This document shows positions 16,393 to 26,892 of a stretch of 26,892 nt of DNA, in pieces. The position numbers and the translations under genes were made by a program. Positions within the stretch are counted from its first letter, which is position 1. Each line of letters begins with the position of its first letter. The stretch lies in the IMG/VR virus record IMGVR_UViG_2534682096_000007; one strand, 5' to 3'. This stretch comes from a virus (lineage: Duplodnaviria > Heunggongvirae > Uroviricota > Caudoviricetes). Below the pieces are notes generated by a model. The model worked only from the letters and a program-made list of their open reading frames with translations. It had not been told where the DNA came from and did no database searches.

Positions 16393-19300
16393 TTTGGGGA
16401 TTGATGCGGCAGAGTTTAAAAATGAAATTCCCCGTATCAAAAACCTTCTGAATGGTGCAGCCAGCGATGCAGAACGGTCTTCTGCCCGTATGCAGCGTTT
16501 TATGGAGCGTCAGACTCAGGCCGCCCGGCAGACAATGCAGGCGGCTTCTTCGGCTGCAACAGCCGCATCCGTCCATGCGCAGACGGTGGAGAAGAGCGCA
16601 CAGGCTCATGAACGCATGGCCCGCGAGGTGGAGCAAACCCGCCAGCGTATGGAGGCACTGAGCCAGAAAATGCGCGAGGAACAGGCGCAGGCCATGGCTC
16701 TGGCGGAGGCTCAGGATAAAGCGGCTGCCGCGTTTTATCGTCAGATTGACAGTGTGAAACAGGCCAGTGCGGGGCTGCAGGAATTACAGCGTATTCAGCA
16801 GCAGATCCGACAGGCCAGAAACAGTGGCGGGATTGGTCAGCAGGATTATCTGGCGCTGATTTCTGAGGTTACGGCGAAAACCCGTGTTCTTACGCAGGCT
16901 GAGGAAGAGGCTACCCGACAGAAAGTGGCGTTTATCCGTCAGCTTAAAGAGCAGGCAACCCGCCAGAATCTTTCTTCTTCTGAGTTGCTTCGTGCTAAGG
17001 CTGCCCAGCTGGGGGTAAGCAGTGCTGCAGAAGTGTATATCCGCAAAATGGAGCAGGCAGGAAAAGCCACGCATTCGCTGGGTCTGAAAAGTGCAGCGGC
17101 CCGCCAGGAGATTGGCGTTCTGATAGGTGAACTGGCCCGCGGCAATTTAGGGGCGCTGAGGGGATCCGGGATAACGCTGGCTAACCGTGCCGGATGGATA
17201 GACACTCTGATGTCACCGAAAGGCATGATGCTTGGCGGGGTTATTGGCGGTATTGCCGCGTCCGTCTATGGTCTGGGTAAAGCCTGGTATGACGGTCAGA
17301 AGGAGGGGGAAGAATTTAACCGCCAGTTGTCGCTGACGGGGCATTATGCCGGAGTCACTGCCGGGCAGCTGTGGACGCTCAGTCGTGCTATTTCCGGGAA
17401 TGGTATCACGCAACATGCTGCAGCCGGTGCGCTGGCTCAGGTGGTGGGGAGTGGTGCATTTCGTGGAAACGATATCGGTATGGTGGCGAGAGCTGCCGCA
17501 CAGATGGAGCGATCGGTTGGCCAGTCGGTCAGCGATACCATAAATCAGTTTAAGCGGCTGAAGGATGATCCTGTAAATGCCGCGAAGGCTCTGGACAATG
17601 AGCTGCATTTTCTTACTGCCACTCAGCTTGAGCAGATACGTGTCCTTGGGGATCAGGGACGGTCCAGTGATGCTGCACGGATAGCCATGTCTGCACTGGC
17701 AGAGGAAACCGGTCGGCGTACTGCGGATATTGATAATAACCTCAATGCGCTTGGCAGTACGCTGAAGTATCTGTCTGATTTGTGGAGTCGTTTCTGGGAT
17801 GCGGCCATGAATATTGGTCGTGAAGACTCGCTGGATGAACAGATTGCCGCTTTACAGGAGAAAGTGTCGCGGGCGAAAAGACTCCCCTGGACGGCATCAT
17901 CTTCTCAGGTTGAATACGATCAGCAGCGTCTTAACGATCTTCAGGAGAAAAAACGCCAGAAGGATTTGCAGGATGCAAAAGAGCAGGCAGAGCGGAATTA
18001 TCAGGAGCAACAGAAACGACGTAATGCTGAAAATGCTGCACTGAACCGGATGAATGAAACGGAAGCAGCACGACATCAGCGTGAAATTGCGCGTATTAAT
18101 TCCATGCAGTACGCCGATCAGGCTGTCAGGGATGCAGCGATACAACGTGAAAATGAACGTTACGAGAAAGCCCTGGCATCCGGTAAGAAAAAAACACGCG
18201 AAACCCGTAATGATGAGGCCACCCGGTTATTGCTGCAGTACAGTCAGCAACAGGCACAGGTGGAAGGACAGATTGCTGCTGCAAGACAGTCAGCAGGCAT
18301 TGCCACTGAAAAGATGACAGAAGCGCATAAACAGCTTCTGGCTCTGCAGCAGCGCATCAGCGATCTGGACGGGAAAAAACTGACGGCAGATGAAAAGAGT
18401 GTGCTGGCCCGTAAAGATGAACTGATTCAGGCACTGACGCTGCTGGATGTAAAACAGCAGGAGCTTCAGAAACAGACGGCACTCAACGATCTGAAGAAAA
18501 AAACAATTCAGCTGACCAGTCAACTGGCTGAAGAAGAGCGCGCTCAGCGTCAGCAACATGACCTGGATATCGCCACGGTGGGTATGGGTGATCAGCAGCG
18601 GCAGCGATATCAGGTACAACTGAGTCTTCGCCAGAAATACCAGCAACAGCTGGAGCAGTTGAGGCGGGATAGTGAGCAGAAAGGGACATATAACACGGAT
18701 GACTACAGAAAGGCCGAGCAGGCGCTGACGGAGAGCCTGAACCGACAACTGAATGAGAATCGCCGTTACTGGCAACAGCTTGAAGTTGTGCAGGGTAACT
18801 GGAAAAACGGAGTCCTGCGTGCATTTCAGGATTTTACCGTGGATGCAGATAATACGGCAGGAACAGCAGAACAGGTGTTCTCGTCAGCCTTCAGCAACAT
18901 GGGAAATGGCCTGGCAACTTTTGTCACTACCGGCAAACTCAATTTCAAATCCTTCACCTCTTCTGTGCTGTCAGATATGGCGAAAATCCTGGCGCAGGCA
19001 ACCATGATGAAATCGATAAAAGGGATTGGCAGTGTACTGGGATTTGATCTCAGCAGCCTTTCCCTGAATGCCAATGGGGGGATTTATCAGTCTGCTGATT
19101 TGAGTCGTTACAGTGGCACGGTGGTTAACCGTCCGACGTTTTTTGCTTTTGCAAAAGGCGCGGGTGTGATGGGTGAAGCGGGACCTGAAGCCATTCTGCC
19201 TCTGCGTCGTGGTGCTGACGGTAAGCTGGGGGTTGTGGCGGATATTGGTGGTTCAGGTATGGCGATGTTTGCCCCGCAGTACAACATCGAGATCAATAAC

Positions 19301-19429
19301 GATGGCACGAACGGGCAGATAGGTCCGGCTGCCCTGAAGGTGGTTTATGACCTTGGGAAAAAAGCGGCAGCGGACTTTATGCAACAGCAGGCCCGTGATG
19401 GTGGTCGGTTAAGTGGAGCATATCGGTAA
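16364..19429 (+). CDS. H: tail tape measure protein (gpH-like)
   Basis: 1021 aa from ATG 16364 (RBS GGAGG 16351-16355). Long, Ala/Gln/Arg-rich coiled-coil protein in the tape-measure position between G/T and M. Confidence 0.9.
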   Translation: MDQIANLVIDLGIDAAEFKNEIPRIKNLLNGAASDAERSSARMQRFMERQTQAARQTMQAASSAATAASVHAQTVEKSAQAHERMAREVEQTRQRMEALSQKMREEQAQAMALAEAQDKAAAAFYRQIDSVKQASAGLQELQRIQQQIRQARNSGGIGQQDYLALISEVTAKTRVLTQAEEEATRQKVAFIRQLKEQATRQNLSSSELLRAKAAQLGVSSAAEVYIRKMEQAGKATHSLGLKSAAARQEIGVLIGELARGNLGALRGSGITLANRAGWIDTLMSPKGMMLGGVIGGIAASVYGLGKAWYDGQKEGEEFNRQLSLTGHYAGVTAGQLWTLSRAISGNGITQHAAAGALAQVVGSGAFRGNDIGMVARAAAQMERSVGQSVSDTINQFKRLKDDPVNAAKALDNELHFLTATQLEQIRVLGDQGRSSDAARIAMSALAEETGRRTADIDNNLNALGSTLKYLSDLWSRFWDAAMNIGREDSLDEQIAALQEKVSRAKRLPWTASSSQVEYDQQRLNDLQEKKRQKDLQDAKEQAERNYQEQQKRRNAENAALNRMNETEAARHQREIARINSMQYADQAVRDAAIQRENERYEKALASGKKKTRETRNDEATRLLLQYSQQQAQVEGQIAAARQSAGIATEKMTEAHKQLLALQQRISDLDGKKLTADEKSVLARKDELIQALTLLDVKQQELQKQTALNDLKKKTIQLTSQLAEEERAQRQQHDLDIATVGMGDQQRQRYQVQLSLRQKYQQQLEQLRRDSEQKGTYNTDDYRKAEQALTESLNRQLNENRRYWQQLEVVQGNWKNGVLRAFQDFTVDADNTAGTAEQVFSSAFSNMGNGLATFVTTGKLNFKSFTSSVLSDMAKILAQATMMKSIKGIGSVLGFDLSSLSLNANGGIYQSADLSRYSGTVVNRPTFFAFAKGAGVMGEAGPEAILPLRRGADGKLGVVADIGGSGMAMFAPQYNIEINNDGTNGQIGPAALKVVYDLGKKAAADFMQQQARDGGRLSGAYR

Positions 19430-19758
19430 TGGAGACGTTTCACTGGAAAGTGCGCCCGGATATGAATGTGGTATCAGAGCCGAAAGTGGTGACAGTGAAG
19501 CTGGGCGATGGTTATGAACAGCGTCGTGCGGCGGGACTGAATAACCAGTTGTCGACTTACAGCGTGACGATACGTGTTCGTAAATGTGAACACCCATCTT
19601 TAAAAGCCTTTCTGGAACGGCACGGTGGCGTCCGCGCATTTCAGTGGACGCCACCTTATGACTGGAAGCCGATCAGGGTGGTTTGTCGTAAATGGTCGGC
19701 AAGCGTAGGGGCGCTGTGGGTAACCATAACGGCAGATTTTGAACAGGTCGTGGCATAG
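19429..19758 (+). CDS. M: minor tail protein M
   Basis: 109 aa METFHWKVRPDMNVVSEPKVVTVKLGDGYEQRRAAGLN..., closely matching lambda gpM (MKTFRWKVKPGMDVASVPSVRKVRFGDGYSQRAPAGLN as recalled). Start overlaps the H stop (TAATG). Confidence 0.92.
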   Translation: METFHWKVRPDMNVVSEPKVVTVKLGDGYEQRRAAGLNNQLSTYSVTIRVRKCEHPSLKAFLERHGGVRAFQWTPPYDWKPIRVVCRKWSASVGALWVTITADFEQVVA

Positions 19759-19767
19759 GAGGCTCTG

Positions 19768-20466
19768 ATGCAGGATATTCCACAGGAAACACATCATGAG
19801 ACGACACGCCTCACTCAGTCAGCCCAGGTGGTGCTCTGGGAAATCGATCTGACAGAGGTCGGTGGTGAACGTTATTTTTTCTGTAATGAGCAGAACGAAA
19901 AAGGTGAGCCGGTCACCTGGCAGGGGTGGCAGTATCAGCCGTATCCCATTCAGGGGACGGGATTTGAACTGAACGGTAAGGGCAGTGCTGCCCGTCCGAC
20001 ACTGACGGTCTCTAACCTGCACGGCATGGTCACCGGGATGGCGGAAGATCTGCAGAGTCTGGTCGGCGGAACGGTGGTCAGGCGTAAGGTTTACGCCCGT
20101 TTTCTGGATGCGGTGAACTTCGTCAACGGAAACAGCGACGCCGATCCGGAGCAGGAGGTGATTAGCCGCTGGCGCATCGAGCAGTGCAGCGAATTGAGCG
20201 CGGTCAGTGCCTCCTTTGTACTGTCCACGCCGACTGAAACGGATGGTGCCGTTTTTCCGGGGCGCATCATGCTGGCTAATACCTGCACCTGGACCTATCG
20301 CGGTGATGAGTGCGGTTATAACGGTCCGGCGGTCGCGGATGAATATGACCAGCCGACGTCCGATATCACGAAGGATAAATGCAGCAAATGCCTGAGTGGC
20401 TGTAAGTTTCGCAATAATGTCGGCAACTTTGGCGGCTTCCTTTCCATTAACAAACTTTCGCAGTAA
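19768..20466 (+). CDS. L: minor tail protein L
   Basis: 232 aa MQDIPQETHHETTRLTQSAQVVLWEIDLTEVGGERYFFCNEQNEKGEPVTWQG...CSKCLSGCKFRNNVGNFGGFLSINKLSQ, near-identical to lambda gpL as recalled, including the Cys cluster. Confidence 0.95.
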   Translation: MQDIPQETHHETTRLTQSAQVVLWEIDLTEVGGERYFFCNEQNEKGEPVTWQGWQYQPYPIQGTGFELNGKGSAARPTLTVSNLHGMVTGMAEDLQSLVGGTVVRRKVYARFLDAVNFVNGNSDADPEQEVISRWRIEQCSELSAVSASFVLSTPTETDGAVFPGRIMLANTCTWTYRGDECGYNGPAVADEYDQPTSDITKDKCSKCLSGCKFRNNVGNFGGFLSINKLSQ

Positions 20467-20471
20467 ATCCC

Positions 20472-21215
20472 ATGACACAGACAGAATCAGCGATTCTGGC
20501 GCACGCCCGGCGATGTGCGCCAGCGGAGTCGTGCGGCTTCGTGGTAAGCACGCCGGAGGGGGAAAGATATTTCCCCTGCGTGAATATCTCCGGTGAGCCG
20601 GAGGCGTATTTCCGTATGTCGCCGGAAGACTGGCTGCAGGCAGAAATGCAGGGTGAGATTGTGGCGCTGGTCCACAGCCACCCCGGTGGTCTGCCCTGGC
20701 TGAGTGAGGCTGACCGGCGGCTGCAGGTGCAGAGTGATTTGCCGTGGTTGCTGGTCTGCCGGGGGGCGATTCATAAGTTCCGCTGTGTGCAGCATCTCAC
20801 CGGGCGGCGCTTTGAGCACGGGGTGACGGACTGTTACACGCTGTTCCGGGATGCTTATCATCTGGCGGGGATTGAGATGCCGAATTTTCATCGCGGGGAT
20901 GACTGGTGGCGTCACGGCCAGAATCTCTATCTGGATAATCTGGAGGCCACAGGGCTGTATCAGGTGCCGTTGTCATCAGCACAACCGGGCGATGTGCTGC
21001 TGTGCTGTTTTGGTTCATCGGTGCCGAATCATGCCGCCATTTACTGTGGTGACGGCGAGCTGCTGCACCATATTCCTGAACAACTGAGCAAACGAGAGAG
21101 GTATACCGACAAATGGCAGCGACGCACACACTCCCTCTGGCGTCACCGGGCATGGCGCGCATCTGCCTTTACGGGGATTTACAACGATTTGGCCGCCGCA
21201 TCGACCTTCGTGTGA
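20472..21215 (+). CDS. K: tail assembly protein K (JAB/MPN plus NlpC/P60-like domains)
   Basis: 247 aa MTQTESAILAHARRCAPAESCGFVV...HSHPGG... (JAMM-like HxH motif) with a C-terminal Cys/His-containing domain. Its 3' end overlaps the start of gene I by 103 nt, an overlap I recall from lambda. Confidence 0.9.
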   Translation: MTQTESAILAHARRCAPAESCGFVVSTPEGERYFPCVNISGEPEAYFRMSPEDWLQAEMQGEIVALVHSHPGGLPWLSEADRRLQVQSDLPWLLVCRGAIHKFRCVQHLTGRRFEHGVTDCYTLFRDAYHLAGIEMPNFHRGDDWWRHGQNLYLDNLEATGLYQVPLSSAQPGDVLLCCFGSSVPNHAAIYCGDGELLHHIPEQLSKRERYTDKWQRRTHSLWRHRAWRASAFTGIYNDLAAASTFV

Positions 21216-21784
21216 AAACGGGGGCTGAAGCCATCCGGGCGCTGGCCACACAGCTCCCGGCGTTTCGTCAGAAACTGAGCGACGGCTGGTATCAGGTACG
21301 GATTTCCGGGCGGGACGTCAGCACGTCCGGATTAACGGCGCAGTTACATGAGACTCTGCCTGACGGCGCTGTGATTCATATTGTTCCCAGAGTCGCCGGG
21401 GCCAAGTCAGGGGGCGTATTCCAGATTGTTCTGGGGGCTGCCGCCATTGCCGGATCATTCTTTACTGCCGGAGCCACCCTTGCAGCATGGGGGGCAGCCA
21501 TTGGGGCCAGTGGTATGACCAGTATCCTGTTTTCTCTCGGTGCCAGTATGGTACTTGGTGGTGTGGCGCAGATGCTGGCACCGAAAGCCAGGACGCCCAC
21601 GGCAGCAAGTACAGATAACGGCAAACAGAACACCTATTTCTCCTCACTGGATAACATGGTTGCCCAGGGCAATGTTCTGCCCGTTCTGTACGGTGAAATG
21701 CGCGTGGGGTCACGCGTGGTTTCTCAGGAGATCAGCACGGCAGACGAAGGGGATGGTGGTCAGGTTGTGGTGATTGGTCGCTGA
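21113..21784 (+). CDS. I: tail assembly protein I
   Basis: 223 aa MAATHTLPLASPGMARICLYGDLQRFGRRIDLRVKTGAEAIRALATQLPAF..., near-identical to lambda gpI as recalled; same length as lambda gpI. Confidence 0.95.
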   Translation: MAATHTLPLASPGMARICLYGDLQRFGRRIDLRVKTGAEAIRALATQLPAFRQKLSDGWYQVRISGRDVSTSGLTAQLHETLPDGAVIHIVPRVAGAKSGGVFQIVLGAAAIAGSFFTAGATLAAWGAAIGASGMTSILFSLGASMVLGGVAQMLAPKARTPTAASTDNGKQNTYFSSLDNMVAQGNVLPVLYGEMRVGSRVVSQEISTADEGDGGQVVVIGR

Positions 21785-21844
21785 TGAAAAACGTTTTATG
21801 TGAAACCGCCTCCGGGCGGTTTTGTCGTTTATGGAGCGTGAGGA

Positions 21845-25328
<3,484 letters not shown>

Positions 25329-25347
25329 ATTTTATAACCCAGATACG

Positions 25348-25371
25348 GGCGCCAGAAATGGCGCCTTTTTT
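25348..25371 (+). terminator. rho-independent terminator after J
   Basis: Stem GGCGCC (25348-25353) / GGCGCC (25360-25365), loop AGAAAT, then TTTTTT (25366-25371). Confidence 0.7.
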
Positions 25372-25395
25372 ATTGCAGAAAAGCGAGAGGTAATT

Positions 25396-25995
25396 ATGCG
25401 TAAATTATGTACTGTTATTTTGTCCGCAGTAGTCTGGCAGGTCGCCGCTGCTACGCCAGCGAGTGCAGCAGAACATCAGTCCACGCTGAGCGCGGGGTAT
25501 CTCCATGCCTCGACGAACGTTCCCGGTAGTGATGATCTGAACGGGATTAACGTGAAATACCGTTATGAGTTTACGGACGCGCTGGGGCTAATTACGTCCT
25601 TCAGTTATGCCAATGCTGAGGATGAGCAAAAAACGCGCTACAGCGATACCCGCTGGCATGAAGATTCCGTGCGTAACCGCTGGTTCAGCGTGATGGCGGG
25701 GCCGTCTGTACGCGTGAATGAATGGTTCAGCGCGTATTCGATGGCGGGTGTGGCTTACAGCCGTGTGTCGACTTTCTCCGGGGATTATCTCCGCGTAACT
25801 GACAACAAGGGGAAAAAGCACGATGTGCTGACCGGAAGTGATGACGGTCGCCACAGCAACACGTCTCTGGCGTGGGGAGCTGGCGTGCAGTTTAACCCGA
25901 CCGAATCCGTGGCCATTGATGTCGCTTATGAAGGCTCCGGCAGTGGTGACTGGCGCACTGACGGGCTCATCGTGGGTGTTGGTTATAAATTCTGA
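25396..25995 (+). CDS. lom: Lom-like outer membrane protein (Ail/Lom/PagC/Rck family beta-barrel)
   Basis: 199 aa with N-terminal signal peptide (MRKLCTVILSAVVWQVAAATPASA), alternating beta-strand pattern and C-terminal aromatic residue (GVGYKF). Lies between J and stf as lom does in lambda. RBS GAGAGG upstream. Confidence 0.9.
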   Translation: MRKLCTVILSAVVWQVAAATPASAAEHQSTLSAGYLHASTNVPGSDDLNGINVKYRYEFTDALGLITSFSYANAEDEQKTRYSDTRWHEDSVRNRWFSVMAGPSVRVNEWFSAYSMAGVAYSRVSTFSGDYLRVTDNKGKKHDVLTGSDDGRHSNTSLAWGAGVQFNPTESVAIDVAYEGSGSGDWRTDGLIVGVGYKF

Positions 25996-26022
25996 TTAGC
26001 CAGGTAACACAGTGTTATGACA

Positions 26023-26048
26023 GCCCGCCGGTTCAGGCGGGCTTTTTT
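26023..26048 (+). terminator. rho-independent terminator after lom
   Basis: Stem GCCCGC (26023-26028) / GCGGGC (26037-26042), loop, then TTTTTT (26043-26048). Confidence 0.7.
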
Positions 26049-26059
26049 GTGGGGTGAAT

Positions 26060-26892
26060 ATGGCAGTAAAAATTTCAGGTGTACTGAAAGACGGCACAGG
26101 AAAACCGGTACAGAACTGCACAATCCAGCTGAAAGCAAAACGTAACAGTACCACGGTGGTGGTGAACACGCTGGCATCTGAAAATCCGGATGAAGCCGGG
26201 CGTTACAGTATGGACGTTGAGTACGGTCAGTACAGCGTTATTCTGTTGGTGGAAGGATTCCCGCCGTCACATGCCGGGACCATCACCGTGTATGAAGATT
26301 CTCAACCCGGTACGCTGAATGATTTTCTCGGTGCCATGACGGAGGATGATGCCCGTCCGGAGGCACTGCGCCGTTTTGAACTGATGGTGGAAGAGGTGGC
26401 GCGTAACGCGTCCGTGGTGGCACAGAACACGGCGGCCGCGAAGAAGTCAGCCAGTGATGCCAGCACATCAGCCCGTGAGGCGGCAACCCATGCGACTGAT
26501 GCTGCAGGCTCAGCACGCGCAGCCAGCACGTCAGCCGGACAGGCCGCTTCGTCGGCTCAGTCAGCGACTTCCAGCGCAGGAACGGCATCAACAAAGGCCA
26601 CTGAAGCATCAAAAAGTGCTGCCGCTGCAGAGTCCTCAAAAAGCGCGGCAGCTACCAGTGCCAGTGCCGCGAAAACGTCAGAAACGAATGCTGCAGCGTC
26701 ACAACAATCAGCAGCCACTTCTGCATCCACCGCGACTACGAAAGCGTCAGAAGCTGCCACCTCAGCCCGGGATGCGGCGGCTTCAAAAGAGGCGGCAAAA
26801 TCATCAGAAACGAACGCATCCTCGAGCGCCAGTAGCGCAGCTTCCTCGGCAACAGCGGCAGGAAATTCCGCGAAGGCGGCAAAAACGTCAGA
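26060..26892 (+). CDS. stf: side tail fiber protein Stf, N-terminal part (3' end beyond window)
   Basis: Open reading frame from ATG 26060 to the window end, with no stop. N-terminus MAVKISGVLKDGTGKPVQNCTIQLKAKRNSTTVVVNT...GQYSVILLVEGFPPSHAGTITVYEDSQPGTLNDF closely matches lambda Stf as recalled, followed by an Ala/Ser/Thr-rich repetitive region. Not in the supplied ORF track because it has no in-window stop. Confidence 0.9.
   Translation, partial: MAVKISGVLKDGTGKPVQNCTIQLKAKRNSTTVVVNTLASENPDEAGRYSMDVEYGQYSVILLVEGFPPSHAGTITVYEDSQPGTLNDFLGAMTEDDARPEALRRFELMVEEVARNASVVAQNTAAAKKSASDASTSAREAATHATDAAGSARAASTSAGQAASSAQSATSSAGTASTKATEASKSAAAAESSKSAAATSASAAKTSETNAAASQQSAATSASTATTKASEAATSARDAAASKEAAKSSETNASSSASSAASSATAAGNSAKAAKTS

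Noticed and set aside
19819-20478. 219-aa minus-strand ORF
   Set aside because: Antisense to the gpL gene (near-identical to lambda L). No RBS and no recognisable protein features.
21805-21823. Possible terminator hairpin between I and J (CCGCC-TCCG-GGCGG)
   Set aside because: Short stem with a poor, interrupted U-tract (TTTTGTCGTTT), located inside a late operon. Too weak to call as a terminator.

Overview
This window is a lambdoid prophage of an Enterobacteriaceae (E. coli/Shigella-like) host, with essentially all genes on the + strand in late-operon order. From left to right: (1) the 3' end of an IS629-like IS3-family insertion sequence, cut by the window edge (1-473); (2) an AT-rich two-gene cargo (moron) block, a RudS-like DUF523+DUF1722 protein and an Rns/PerA-type AraC-family regulator, sitting upstream of the lysis genes where lambdoid phages typically carry cargo such as stx; (3) a Qin-type lysis cassette (S21-like dual-start pinholin, DUF1327 YdfR-like protein, SAR endolysin, Rz with embedded Rz1); (4) a small-gene module (CspA-family cold-shock protein with long leader, YmcE/YnfN-like 76-aa protein, GnsA/GnsB-family protein, 68-aa orphan); (5) about 550 nt of non-coding DNA with a lambda-like cos candidate; (6) packaging and head genes (TerS, GpA-type TerL, gpW-like, portal, ClpP-protease::major-capsid fusion, DUF2190, small head-tail protein); (7) a lambda-type tail module Z-U-V-G/GT-H-M-L-K-I-J-lom-stf, with stf running off the window end. 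Gene J is split into three reading-frame segments, so it is a pseudogene or carries sequence errors. I found no tRNA, rRNA or CRISPR. I do not see a convincing previously undescribed multi-gene system; the most interesting items are the cargo pair, the cos region and the disrupted J. All homology statements come from reading the translations and from memory of the protein families, not from database searches.
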